A stretch of 64,000 nt of DNA from a virus (IMGVR_UViG_3300017773_000002:1-64000), one strand, 5' to 3'; shown: positions 28,461 through 38,569, counted from the stretch's first letter. Notes: generated by a model from the letters alone, not told the origin. Numbers and translations: made by a program.

Positions 28461-29681
28461 ATGCAATTTAATCAATTTATAACAGAACAAAAGAACACTC
28501 ACATGACCCACATAGAGGATAAGGTTCTCTATGGGGGCGTGAATGGTACACGTCAGGCTATCTTTGCATTAAGGAGTTTGCGAGATATGTTGGCTGGGAA
28601 GAAGTCTTCCAAACTCTCAGTAAAATGGGATGGCGCACCCGCTGTGTTCGCTGGACAAGATCCTTCGGACGGCAAGTTCTTTGTAGCGAAGAAAGGAATC
28701 TTCGCCAAGAACCCAAAGGTTTATAAGACAGACGAAGAAATTGATAAGGATATGTCTGGAGACTTGGCTTCAAAGATGAAAGATGCATTAAAGTATCTTC
28801 CAGAATTAGGAATCAAAGGAGTTGTCCAAGGTGACTTCGTATTTTCAAAACAAGATTTATCTAAGAAAAAGATTGACGGTACAAGTTATGTTGTGTTTCA
28901 TCCAAACACTATTGCATATGCGGTTCCGGTAGAACAAGCTAAAGAAATACTTCGTGCTAAGATTGGTATTGTATGGCACACTACTTATACCGGAAACACC
29001 TTCGAGTCTATGAAGGCTTCATACGGGGTTGATGTTTCTAGGTTCAAAAAATCTACCAATGTATGGTCACAGGATGCAATGTTGCGTGATGTCTCTAGTG
29101 CCACAATGAATGAGAAGGAAACTGAGGAAGTTAATAAACACCTAAGTACTTGTGGAGTCTTGTTTAATAAGATATCTGGAACTACTTTACGACAACTGGA
29201 GAGTAACCAAGATCTCGCACAACTACTGGAACAATACAACAACACTTTAGTGCGCAAAGGAATGATCATAGGTAACACTTCTATGCACGTAAAAGGATTG
29301 TTGAAATGGATAGAATCTAAGTACCAGAAAGAGATAGATAAGAGGAAGACTGAGAAGGGTAAAGGTGTTCAGCAGAAGAAGTTAGACGAAATACTAAAAT
29401 TCTTCTCTCCTCAGAACAGAAAATCTCTTATTAGTATGTACGAATTACAGAAAAGTATCGTACTTGCGAAGTTAATTCTTATAAATAAACTTAACAGATT
29501 GAAGAAAATTGACACATTTGTCAAAACACCCAATGGTTACAAGGTAACTGGAGAAGAAGGTTACGTAGCTATTGATGTAATTGGTGGTGATGCGGTGAAG
29601 TTAGTTGATCGTATGGAGTTCTCATACAATAACTTTTCACCTGATATACTTAAAGGATGGGATAAACCAACTAGGAACTAA
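28461..29681 (+). CDS. KxDG covalent nucleotidyltransferase/ligase-like protein with CTS-like N-terminus
   Basis: SVKWDG, QGDF, EEGYV and VKLVDR occur in the order of ligase motifs I, III, IV, V; starts MQFNQFITE. Confidence 0.6.
   Translation: MQFNQFITEQKNTHMTHIEDKVLYGGVNGTRQAIFALRSLRDMLAGKKSSKLSVKWDGAPAVFAGQDPSDGKFFVAKKGIFAKNPKVYKTDEEIDKDMSGDLASKMKDALKYLPELGIKGVVQGDFVFSKQDLSKKKIDGTSYVVFHPNTIAYAVPVEQAKEILRAKIGIVWHTTYTGNTFESMKASYGVDVSRFKKSTNVWSQDAMLRDVSSATMNEKETEEVNKHLSTCGVLFNKISGTTLRQLESNQDLAQLLEQYNNTLVRKGMIIGNTSMHVKGLLKWIESKYQKEIDKRKTEKGKGVQQKKLDEILKFFSPQNRKSLISMYELQKSIVLAKLILINKLNRLKKIDTFVKTPNGYKVTGEEGYVAIDVIGGDAVKLVDRMEFSYNNFSPDILKGWDKPTRN
29480..29487 (+). promoter_or_regulatory. Possible intragenic late promoter
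   Basis: TATAAATA about 200 nt upstream of ORF 29683. Confidence 0.45.
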
Positions 29682-29682
29682 A

Positions 29683-30147
29683 ATGGCCAAGAAAATTCTA
29701 GGATTAAAGGATTTTATTGCTGTTGATTACACCATGACTGGTGACGAACAGTTAGCAAAAAAATCAAAGAAAAGAAAGAACGAAGAGGTAGAAGATACCA
29801 ACGAAGTTCTTGACATTGCCCAGAGACGTGCGCGTGGTAGAATGATGAAGCGCATGAAGTCTAAAATTGCTATGGGTAAAAGACGTGCCGCACGTAAAGT
29901 GGCATCCATTGACAAACTCAAGGTTCGTGCTAGAAGACAAGCACGAAACATGATGGTCAAAAAAATTACTAAAGATATTCCTAAAGCTGACCTCTCAATG
30001 GCCAGAAAGAAGGAAATTGAAAAGAGATTAGAAAAACCTGCCTTTAAGAATCGTATAGATAGAATTGCACGTAAATCATTACCCAAGGTAAGACGTGCAG
30101 AGATCGAGAAAAAACGAGGAAGTAAGAATAAGGAAGGTAATAAGTAA
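29683..30147 (+). CDS. Very basic Arg/Lys-rich protein
   Basis: RRARGRMMKRMK... composition; AGGA RBS before ATG 29683. Confidence 0.7.
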   Translation: MAKKILGLKDFIAVDYTMTGDEQLAKKSKKRKNEEVEDTNEVLDIAQRRARGRMMKRMKSKIAMGKRRAARKVASIDKLKVRARRQARNMMVKKITKDIPKADLSMARKKEIEKRLEKPAFKNRIDRIARKSLPKVRRAEIEKKRGSKNKEGNK

Positions 30148-31961
30148 TGCCAATTAAGAATTTTTCTCAATATCTAGTTGAAGAAGAACGATCGGTATTT
30201 TTTACGTTTGGGAGAATGAATCCTCCTACTATTGGTCATGGGAAAGTCATGGACACTCTTGCCGCAAAGTCTGGTAAGAATGACTATAAAGTATATGTGT
30301 CTCAATCACAAAACTCCAAGAAAGACCCACTCTCTTATGGAGACAAGGTAAAACATATTCGAAAGATGTTCCCAAAACACGGTAGGAACATCATGATTGA
30401 CAAGAAAGTTAAGACAGCATTTGATGCGGTTGTATCTCTTTATGATCAAGGTTATAAGAGTGTAACTATGATTGTTGGTGCTGATAGAGTTCGTGAGTTT
30501 GATGTACTCCTAAAGAAATACAACGGAGTCAAAGCTCGACACGGATTCTACAACTTTAAGAATATTAACATTGTTTCTGCTGGTGCAAGAGACCCTGACG
30601 CTGAAGGTGTCGAGGGTATGTCCGCATCTAAACAAAGAGAGAACGCCAAAAAGAATGACTTTGTCTCATTCTCTCAAGGTGTTTCTAAGTCTATGTCTAA
30701 TTCGGACGCACGTAAGTTATTCAACGATGTTCGTTCGGGTATGGGACTAAAAGAAACTACCGAATTCCGAAATCATGTGTCACTTACTCCTCTTTCAGAA
30801 GAAAGAGAAGCGTTTGTACGTGGAGAATTATTCTCCGTTGGCGATATGGTTGTCATCAAAGAATCTGAAGAAATCGGTAAGGTTATTCAATTAGGCGCTA
30901 ACTTTGTTATAGTCGAGTCTAACGGTAAGGAATACCGAAAGTGGTTGAATTCGATTGAAAAACTGGATGAAGCTTGTTGGAAAGGTTACAAACAAGTTGG
31001 AATGAAGAAGAAAGGTGCTAAGATGGTACCTGACTGCGTACCAGAAGAGTCTGGTGCTGGTGAAGAAGGAACTGATAAGTTAGTTAAAAAGTATAAGAAA
31101 GATACGCCTATGCAAGAAAAGAAACGAAAGGTTTCTGAGGGATTATCTATTAGGAGTATGATGGAAGAAGTTTCTCAAAAAGAGTTAAATGACTTAGAGA
31201 AATTTGCTGACAGACTACTAAATAAGTTTGATGTTGATATAGAATTCACTCGTCACTTTGCTGATCGAATGAATGATAAAAGAAACAAACCATCCATTAC
31301 TATCGCTGAACTACAGCGTCTGTTTAAGAAGATGGCGATGAACAAAGGTAAAAAGATAAAGAAACATGGTAACAGAGAAGCAATCCTAAAGGATATGCAG
31401 TCTGACCTAAATTTACCTGTCGTGGTTAACTGGAAGAATGGTGAGTTTGAAGTTGTAAATAAAACGATTATGCGGAAGAAGGCATTCAAATCTCCTGATC
31501 CACAAATTAAATACGAAGCACAAGACCCAGATATTAAGGATCGTGAAGGTACACAACCAGCACGATACCATAAAGGATTGAAGAAGTCTACAAAGGCTAA
31601 GAGAGACGCCCATTTTAAGAAGCATGGTAAGAAAGCGGACGATGATTCATCTGCATACAAACCAGCTCCGGGCGACAAATCTGCCGAAACTAAACCTTCA
31701 AAGTACACTAAGGCTTTCAGAGATATGTACAACGAAGAACATAGTATGGAAAATGTTAATGAATCTTCTTTTGAAGACAAGTCAAAGAAGAGTGGAATAT
31801 CAGTTGCGACACTTAAGAAGGTATATCGACGAGGTGTTGCTGCATGGAAAACTGGCCATAGGCCCGGCACGACTCCGGAACAATGGGGTCATGCAAGAGT
31901 GAATGCGTTTATAGTAAAGAAGAAAAAGGGTGGTCTTAACCACGATAAAGACTTAGCATAA
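30147..31961 (+). CDS. HxGH-family (cytidylyltransferase-like) nucleotidyltransferase with multiple C-terminal modules
   Basis: FGRMNPPTIGH, VGADRV, GMSASKQR; starts MPIKNFSQYLVEE. Confidence 0.82.
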   Translation: MPIKNFSQYLVEEERSVFFTFGRMNPPTIGHGKVMDTLAAKSGKNDYKVYVSQSQNSKKDPLSYGDKVKHIRKMFPKHGRNIMIDKKVKTAFDAVVSLYDQGYKSVTMIVGADRVREFDVLLKKYNGVKARHGFYNFKNINIVSAGARDPDAEGVEGMSASKQRENAKKNDFVSFSQGVSKSMSNSDARKLFNDVRSGMGLKETTEFRNHVSLTPLSEEREAFVRGELFSVGDMVVIKESEEIGKVIQLGANFVIVESNGKEYRKWLNSIEKLDEACWKGYKQVGMKKKGAKMVPDCVPEESGAGEEGTDKLVKKYKKDTPMQEKKRKVSEGLSIRSMMEEVSQKELNDLEKFADRLLNKFDVDIEFTRHFADRMNDKRNKPSITIAELQRLFKKMAMNKGKKIKKHGNREAILKDMQSDLNLPVVVNWKNGEFEVVNKTIMRKKAFKSPDPQIKYEAQDPDIKDREGTQPARYHKGLKKSTKAKRDAHFKKHGKKADDDSSAYKPAPGDKSAETKPSKYTKAFRDMYNEEHSMENVNESSFEDKSKKSGISVATLKKVYRRGVAAWKTGHRPGTTPEQWGHARVNAFIVKKKKGGLNHDKDLA

Positions 31962-31983
31962 AAATTTAAGGAATTTAAAACAA

Positions 31984-34900
31984 ATGGCAAATCAAATTTT
32001 AGCGGGTGCTGTATTTCAAGCTGGTCAGGTAATTGCTGGTGTCGATGCAGATACCATCCTAGACACATTCATTGCACCATCATCCTCATCTAGTACTGTA
32101 GCAAATAAAATCTTCATGTGGAGTTCAGATGCTGCTGCTTACCAAAATGGTGTTGGACGTTCAGATGTAGGTGGTCTGGTAATGACGGATGGTGACTTCA
32201 GTAATCCTACCACTATACAGTTAGACTCTCCACAAATGGTAGTTGGTGGAGAAGGTAAAGTCGTAACTATCGCTCAACTTGGTGAAATTAAAGTTTATGA
32301 CGAATCTACTGGACAATTAGAACAAACATTCAATGACTCATACCTTGATTCAGCAAAAGCAAATGGACCATCCGCTCCGTGGGATTCCGCAAATGATGCT
32401 GTCATTGGAGCAGGAAAGATATTCATTAGTGCACCTGAATACAATCCTCAAGGAGTTGGTTCAATAATTGTTGTCGATCTATTGGATCGTAATGTAGCTA
32501 CATATTTAATTACACCGACATTGGGTAACTATAGTCGACTGAGCGCAACTGGTTGGGGTGGAATTAGATTCATTGATGGTAGAATATATGGTCATACAAG
32601 TCAGTGGTCTTCTGCTGATCAGGGAATATGGCATTTTGCCCCAGATGGTTCGGATGAACAGTTTATTCCTGTGCCAGGATTGAGTAATGCTTCAGGATTT
32701 GTGAAATGGGGAGATAACTTTGTAGTGCCAAAAGACAACACTATTGAAGTAATTGATTCATCAGGTACAACTTTACATAGTGTTACTAAAACTTATGCAT
32801 CTCAAACATATCAGTTCGGTAAAGATATTGGTCTCACCTCTACTGGTAAATTAGTTGTTTCAAACAAAATACATTATAACCCAGAAGAGTACTCGATTTT
32901 CTTATATGATGAAGGTCTGACCAATGAAATTGAGTTTAAACCGGCAGATATATCAAATGGTATTGCTTCAAAGTGGGGTTATGGAACTACAGAAAATAGT
33001 GGTAGTTTTGAAGTCTTCGGTGAATATATCTTAGTATCTGCTAAAGAAACGGATTATAATGGTATCACTAATTGTGGTGCGGTATATCGTTATAATGACT
33101 CTGGTGTTCTACAGGATATATTCTATGGAACTGTCGCCGATCAAAAGATTGGTACCAACATATCAGTAGGTACTGCAACAACAACTACTGCACTACCAAC
33201 ATTCATTGCACCATCATCAGTCACAACTTCACAAGAAGTTATTGTTAGAGGTCAAAGTCATTATAATAGTGATATGGGTCGAGTTATAGTTTATAGTGCT
33301 GTAGATAATTCTATAATATCAACTATCGACGGTACTGATGCTGGAAGAAAACTGGGTACTCAAGTTTTAGTAACAGATGATTATATTTTAGCATCAACCA
33401 CTAAAGGTGTTTGGGATGATGATACCACTAGTAGTATTCATGCATATTCAACAAGTGATCTGACAGCGGATCCAATAATTATTGGTCACCCACTGGGTAA
33501 AGGTCATAGAGAATTTGGTCAGGCTGAAGGACAATTAGTAGTAGGTAATGGAAAATTATTTATTAATGAGGGTAATAGACTTTATATTTGCGATTTATCC
33601 AATCTTTCTGCTGCTCCTGTTCCATTCGAATTTAATTCCTCTGACGGTGGTTTTGATTCAACTGGAAATCTCAATCTCGCTCAAGCAATTCTAGTATTTA
33701 ATCCATACGACAATTACTTATATGTTGGTCAAAAGAATGCTTATGGTGGAGATGGTGCAATTACTCGTTTAGATACTAATACTATATTAACAACTGGTGG
33801 ATCTCCTGAAACCATCTATAGTGTTGATGCTGCTTCAATTAGTTCTATGAATTTCGGTAGAAACATTGCTATATTCGAAGACTGTCTGTATGTTTCAGCT
33901 AAACATGCTGAAGGTTCACCCCTTCAAGCAGTCTATAAGTACAATACTTCATCCTTTGTTTCCGGTCATACTGCCGTACCTTACTTAGCGAAATGGTCTG
34001 GATCAACACAAAGTCTTGGTTCAAATGATGATTTTGGTTCTTATATTGGTTCTATATCAGCAAGTTCTAAGGGTACTATAATTGGAGCACCTAATTACGG
34101 AGCTTCAGATTGGAATGGTGGTTATGTTAATACAGGTCGTGTTTATTACATGCAAAATTACTCAAATGGAACAAGTAGTGGTCTAACTCAATTAAATACG
34201 AGTTCCATGAATTTACAACATAATGAATGGGCAGGTGACGAGGTTTACACTGACGAAAACTATGTATATGCTAAATTCACTGGAAGAAGTTTCTCTGGTG
34301 CAAGTGCTGTTGCAGTATGGTCGTGGGATGATATATCTGCGGCTCCTACTATACTACAGACTGAATCTGGGTCTCTTGATATAGGTTCTTTAGTTTCCAG
34401 AGAAGCACTACCAACATTCATTTCACCGCCATTACCGCCTACGCCTGCGACATGGGTAGCTGTGGGCGCATGGGCTGACGACGACAATGGAGAGACCTCT
34501 GGTTCAACATATGTTTATGACATAAATAATTTAACCGCACAACCAACTAAACTAACCGCATTTGATGGTGCTGGTGGTGATTACTTTGGATGGTCGGTAT
34601 CTGGTAATAATGATAAGATCGTTGTGGGCGCAAAGTATGACGGTGATAATGGACTTTACTCAGGTTCGGTTTACGTCTTTGATGCCAACGACTTATCTGC
34701 ACAACCAACTAAACTAACCGCATTTGATGGTGCTAGTGGTGATCAATACTCACTTTGTACCGTTACTACCAATGATAAGGTAATTGTTGGTTCTGCGTAT
34801 GATGATGACGATGGGACTAATTCGGGTTCAGTATACGTTTATGATGCAAATGATCTATCCGCTGCACCGACTAAACTGAAAGCATTTGATGCTGCTTCGG

Positions 34901-35589
34901 GTTCTTGGTTCGGACAAGCAGTAGCATCTAATGATGATAAAATTCTTGTTGGTGCACCATCTGATAGCAATATTGGTGCATACTCTGAAAATGGTGCCGT
35001 ATACGTTTATGATGCAAATGATCTATCTGCGCAACCAACTAAACTAACTGCATTTGATGCGGCTAATGTCGATCTCTTTGGATCTTCTATATCTGCTACT
35101 GCTGATAAGATAGTAGTTGGTGCATATAGTGACGATGACATGGGAAATACTTCGGGTTCGGTTTATGTCTTTGATGCCAACGACTTATCTGCGCAACCTA
35201 TTAAGTTAACTGCTTTCGATGGGGAATCGGATGATTACTTTGGATGGTCGGTATGTGTTAATTCTGATAATATATTTGTTGGTGCACATGGAGACGACGA
35301 TGAGGCAAATGCTGCCGGTGCGGTTTATGTCTATGATTTAAGTGACCTATCTGCACAACCAACTAAACTGACAGCGTTTGATGGTGCTAGTAGTGATAAC
35401 TTCGGAAGATCTTTAACCGTTAGTGAAGATAATCTATTTGTTGGTTCATATCTTGACGATGACAATGGAGGTGAGTCTGGTTCAGTATATGTCTATGATT
35501 TAAGTGATCTATCTGCACAACCAACTAAACTGACAGCTTTTGATGCCGCTAGTGGTGATAGATTTGGTGCTTCAGTTGCAGTAGGTTGA
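31984..35589 (+). CDS. Large multi-beta-propeller protein with FG-GAP repeats
   Basis: Three modules of about 390 aa; the last has seven FG..VGA..GSVYVYD blades. Confidence 0.85.
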   Translation: MANQILAGAVFQAGQVIAGVDADTILDTFIAPSSSSSTVANKIFMWSSDAAAYQNGVGRSDVGGLVMTDGDFSNPTTIQLDSPQMVVGGEGKVVTIAQLGEIKVYDESTGQLEQTFNDSYLDSAKANGPSAPWDSANDAVIGAGKIFISAPEYNPQGVGSIIVVDLLDRNVATYLITPTLGNYSRLSATGWGGIRFIDGRIYGHTSQWSSADQGIWHFAPDGSDEQFIPVPGLSNASGFVKWGDNFVVPKDNTIEVIDSSGTTLHSVTKTYASQTYQFGKDIGLTSTGKLVVSNKIHYNPEEYSIFLYDEGLTNEIEFKPADISNGIASKWGYGTTENSGSFEVFGEYILVSAKETDYNGITNCGAVYRYNDSGVLQDIFYGTVADQKIGTNISVGTATTTTALPTFIAPSSVTTSQEVIVRGQSHYNSDMGRVIVYSAVDNSIISTIDGTDAGRKLGTQVLVTDDYILASTTKGVWDDDTTSSIHAYSTSDLTADPIIIGHPLGKGHREFGQAEGQLVVGNGKLFINEGNRLYICDLSNLSAAPVPFEFNSSDGGFDSTGNLNLAQAILVFNPYDNYLYVGQKNAYGGDGAITRLDTNTILTTGGSPETIYSVDAASISSMNFGRNIAIFEDCLYVSAKHAEGSPLQAVYKYNTSSFVSGHTAVPYLAKWSGSTQSLGSNDDFGSYIGSISASSKGTIIGAPNYGASDWNGGYVNTGRVYYMQNYSNGTSSGLTQLNTSSMNLQHNEWAGDEVYTDENYVYAKFTGRSFSGASAVAVWSWDDISAAPTILQTESGSLDIGSLVSREALPTFISPPLPPTPATWVAVGAWADDDNGETSGSTYVYDINNLTAQPTKLTAFDGAGGDYFGWSVSGNNDKIVVGAKYDGDNGLYSGSVYVFDANDLSAQPTKLTAFDGASGDQYSLCTVTTNDKVIVGSAYDDDDGTNSGSVYVYDANDLSAAPTKLKAFDAASGSWFGQAVASNDDKILVGAPSDSNIGAYSENGAVYVYDANDLSAQPTKLTAFDAANVDLFGSSISATADKIVVGAYSDDDMGNTSGSVYVFDANDLSAQPIKLTAFDGESDDYFGWSVCVNSDNIFVGAHGDDDEANAAGAVYVYDLSDLSAQPTKLTAFDGASSDNFGRSLTVSEDNLFVGSYLDDDNGGESGSVYVYDLSDLSAQPTKLTAFDAASGDRFGASVAVG
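34490..35586 (+). repeat. Seven tandem 162-168 bp FG-GAP blade repeats
   Basis: Recurring core GCACAACCAACTAAACT(A/G)AC encoding SAQPTKLTAFD. Confidence 0.9.
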
Positions 35590-35630
35590 TATTAATTTAA
35601 CAATAGAGAATTAGAAAATGGTTATTATAT

Positions 35631-36206
35631 ATGAAACCTGAAGTTTGGATGATACAGATACCCAGTAATCCAATATCAATGTACTACCGTGGTAGAGTTG
35701 AAAATTCTTGGTCAAGATATAATTTAAATTTTTTTAATGCAGTAACTCCCGAAGATTTGAAAAATAAAAAAATTTTAAACTTTGGAAAGAAACGAGGATT
35801 GGTTGAGTTTAGTCTTACTGAAAAGGCTACTTGGTATAGTCATTTTGAACTTTGGCAAATGGCACTAAAAAGGCCTATATTAGTAATAGAACATGATGCT
35901 TTGTTAACTAAAGAAATTTCGGAAAAATTTTGGAAAAAATCTATGGTTTGTTTGGGTTACGCTAATGTTAAAAATCATCCTTTAGGGAATAATCATAAAG
36001 CTAAACTTGCTGGACTTGCATATTACATTACGCCAAATGTTGCAAGAAAAATGATCAAAAGTGCTGTGGAAACTAACATTATAGAATTTAATTCTGATGC
36101 TGTTATACATGATTTTTGTAGGAAGAATGGGGTACTTGAATGTACGCATGTTTTTCAATTTGAAAATAAACTAATAGGAAATACAATAGAGCATTATAAA
36201 AAATGA
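35631..36206 (+). CDS. Glycosyltransferase family 25-like protein
   Basis: FNAVTP, EKATWYSHFELW, VIEHDA, AYYITP. Confidence 0.75.
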   Translation: MKPEVWMIQIPSNPISMYYRGRVENSWSRYNLNFFNAVTPEDLKNKKILNFGKKRGLVEFSLTEKATWYSHFELWQMALKRPILVIEHDALLTKEISEKFWKKSMVCLGYANVKNHPLGNNHKAKLAGLAYYITPNVARKMIKSAVETNIIEFNSDAVIHDFCRKNGVLECTHVFQFENKLIGNTIEHYKK

Positions 36207-36838
36207 AAACATTTAAAGAAATAAGAGAAGGTGCAGAAAACTACACCATGAAGAAAGGACCTTACACTCGTAAGGTTGATGGTAAGACTGCTGACCGAAT
36301 GAAAAGACAGGGTTGGAAACTAGTTGCTCGTGAAGAGGTTGAAGAAGCCCGACAGATGAAAGATCCTAAGAAGGACTCTATGGTTCAGAAGGGTGGTAAG
36401 ACAATCGTAATCGATAAGTCCAAAGAAAAGGAATACCTAAGAAAAGGTTGGTCTTTGGCAGAGGCTTTCGAACCTCACAGTTACTCTCACGAAAATCCAG
36501 AAGTGAAGGAATCTGTTGAAGAAGCAATCTCATATGGTCGTCCTAAGAAATCTACAGAAAAGGACTCTGCTGATGTTGATGATTACAAAGCAACTTCTGA
36601 TGATCGTAAAGCTGCGGATAAGAATGTGATTATGCAGATTCGTCGTGGTGTTGATATGCCTAAGGGTTGTACTGTAACTTTTCAGGATGGTAAGACTCAG
36701 AAGTTTCCACAAAAGGCTTGTCAATTAGTTGCCAAGAAATTTGATTCTTTCAAGAAACCTGCTGTACGTAAGAAGTTTCAAGATGAGATTAATAAGTCAT
36801 TGCCTTCTATGAAGAAAGCAATGAATATGAAAGGATAA
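36203..36838 (+). CDS. Putative internal head protein
   Basis: Starts MKTFKEIRE; basic blocks separated by VEE sites. Confidence 0.6.
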   Translation: MKTFKEIREGAENYTMKKGPYTRKVDGKTADRMKRQGWKLVAREEVEEARQMKDPKKDSMVQKGGKTIVIDKSKEKEYLRKGWSLAEAFEPHSYSHENPEVKESVEEAISYGRPKKSTEKDSADVDDYKATSDDRKAADKNVIMQIRRGVDMPKGCTVTFQDGKTQKFPQKACQLVAKKFDSFKKPAVRKKFQDEINKSLPSMKKAMNMKG

Positions 36839-36842
36839 TACC

Positions 36843-37196
36843 ATGAAAAGATTTTCACAGTTTCTATCAGAATCTTGTTGTGACGATTGTTCTACCTTAG
36901 ATGAAGAACTTGTCATTGAGGATGCGGAATACGTATCTGAAGAGGGTAAGAAAGAAAACGTCAAGTTGAATAAGATTCAACGTGGTGGTTCTAAGAAGTT
37001 TTATGTGTATGTAAAGAACGATAAGGGTAATGTTGTAAAGGTATCTTTTGGTGATCCTAATATGGAGATCAAAAGAGATGACCCTGAAAGAAGAAAAAGT
37101 TTCCGCGCAAGACATAATTGTTCAGATCCAGGCCCTAAGTGGAAAGCTAGGTACTGGAGTTGTCGTCAGTGGCGTGCTAGTGCAAAGGTAGAGTGA
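36843..37196 (+). CDS. Conserved basic phage protein with CTS-like N-terminus
   Basis: MKRFSQFLSE; KVSFGDP, RRKSFRARHNC, ARYWSC. Confidence 0.7.
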   Translation: MKRFSQFLSESCCDDCSTLDEELVIEDAEYVSEEGKKENVKLNKIQRGGSKKFYVYVKNDKGNVVKVSFGDPNMEIKRDDPERRKSFRARHNCSDPGPKWKARYWSCRQWRASAKVE

Positions 37197-37456
37197 TGAA
37201 ATCTTTTAGAGAGTATACCTCTTCAGATGTTGTAACTGAAGCGCCTACAGGTAAACTGATAAAAAGAATGATGGCGAATACAGTTCAAAAGAAAAAATAT
37301 GATGCAGCTCTTAAAGTTTTGAGAGATATATGGACCAGAAAGAGCAAAGAAAAACCCGGCAGACATGGTCTTCCGTATTATGCCAGCGGTGTGGCTAATC
37401 AGTATAATATCGATACTAGAGTTTTGGTCGGTATCGCAAAAAAAGCAGGACTTTAA
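37196..37456 (+). CDS. Putative internal head protein
   Basis: MKSFREYTSSDVVTE resembles the T4 IPI leader. Confidence 0.6.
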   Translation: MKSFREYTSSDVVTEAPTGKLIKRMMANTVQKKKYDAALKVLRDIWTRKSKEKPGRHGLPYYASGVANQYNIDTRVLVGIAKKAGL

Positions 37457-37459
37457 TAT

Positions 37460-37467
37460 TATAAATA
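37460..37467 (+). promoter_or_regulatory. T4-type late promoter
   Basis: Intergenic TATAAATA. Confidence 0.7.
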
Positions 37468-37500
37468 GAATAATAAATTTAATTTAGATGGAACTTTTTA

Positions 37501-37800
37501 ATGTCGGAATCACAAGAAAATTGGAGAGATGATCGTCTCAGTAGAATTGAAGAGAAGATAGATAAACTATCCGATGCAATGATATCTTTGGCTAGAGCTG
37601 AAGAAAAACTCATTGCGATAGAGACTTCAAATCAGAATCAGTACAAAAGAATTAATAGAATGTCTGAAAAAATAGACAATCTAGAAAGTAAAGCCGATGA
37701 ATCTCATCGTGCGGTAAAAATCCTATACGGTATTATGTATGTTGTTGCTACTGCCGCGTTAGGTACAATGTTTAAAATTTTAACAATGAATATACACTAA
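37501..37800 (+). CDS. Coiled-coil protein with C-terminal TM
   Basis: RLSRIEEKIDKL heptads followed by a TM. Confidence 0.7.
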   Translation: MSESQENWRDDRLSRIEEKIDKLSDAMISLARAEEKLIAIETSNQNQYKRINRMSEKIDNLESKADESHRAVKILYGIMYVVATAALGTMFKILTMNIH

Positions 37801-37809
37801 GAGGCTAAA

Positions 37810-38547
37810 ATGTCAAATAATAAATTAATCGGTGCGATAGAGGCATATAAGTCAATGGTCTCTAAAGAAGAAGCACTAGAAGAAAAGAAAACTCTCGACC
37901 CTGTCGATGATAAAGCGAACGATAAAAAGTTCAAAGATCGAAAAGATAAGGATATTGATAACGACGGAGATGTTGACTCTTCTGACGAGTATCTACACAA
38001 GCGTCGTAAAGCTACCGATGATGCTATTGATGGCGGTAAGAAACCAGCAAAGAACGAAGCTGTAGATGATACTGAAGCGGAAAAGGACGATAAAAAGAAA
38101 CCTTTCCCGCCCAAGAAGAAGGGTAAGGAAGATGATGGAGAGACTGAAGTTGAGAAGGATGATGATGAAGCAGATCCAGTTGATACCGATAAAGAACCTG
38201 AAGTAGATGGCGGTTCTGATATGAAGAAAAACCCTAAGACTGCGGACAAGAAAGCGGAGATATCAAAAATCAAAGAATCTTTTGATGCTATGTGGGATCA
38301 GATTGTAGAAGCTCATGGTAAGAAAGCTCCTGAGTCTGCCGCTAAACCTGAAGGTATTATGGACAAAGAGTCTCCTAAGTCCAAAGAATTCGCAAAGCAA
38401 CATGACGCGGACACCCCAGAAGTTGTTGCTGATGGTGAAAAGGCTGCGGAGACAGCGTCTAAAGCTGGAAAGGGTGGACCCTCCAAGAAGAAGAGACCTA
38501 ATGATAACGAGATTGGTGATAAAAAACCAGTAAAAGGTTCTAATTAA
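37810..38547 (+). CDS. Highly charged protein with a DxDxDG loop
   Basis: DKDIDNDGDVDSSD; K/D/E-rich. Confidence 0.7.
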   Translation: MSNNKLIGAIEAYKSMVSKEEALEEKKTLDPVDDKANDKKFKDRKDKDIDNDGDVDSSDEYLHKRRKATDDAIDGGKKPAKNEAVDDTEAEKDDKKKPFPPKKKGKEDDGETEVEKDDDEADPVDTDKEPEVDGGSDMKKNPKTADKKAEISKIKESFDAMWDQIVEAHGKKAPESAAKPEGIMDKESPKSKEFAKQHDADTPEVVADGEKAAETASKAGKGGPSKKKRPNDNEIGDKKPVKGSN

Positions 38548-38569
38548 GGGTAAACTTTGAGATTTTATT

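Noticed and set aside
34490-35586. Regularly spaced repeats as a CRISPR array
   Set aside because: The period is 162-168 bp, in frame, and encodes FG-GAP blades; there are no cas genes, and the 26225 nuclease is a typical phage exonuclease
31984-35589. Diversity-generating retroelement target
   Set aside because: No reverse transcriptase and no adenine-specific TR/VR pair seen
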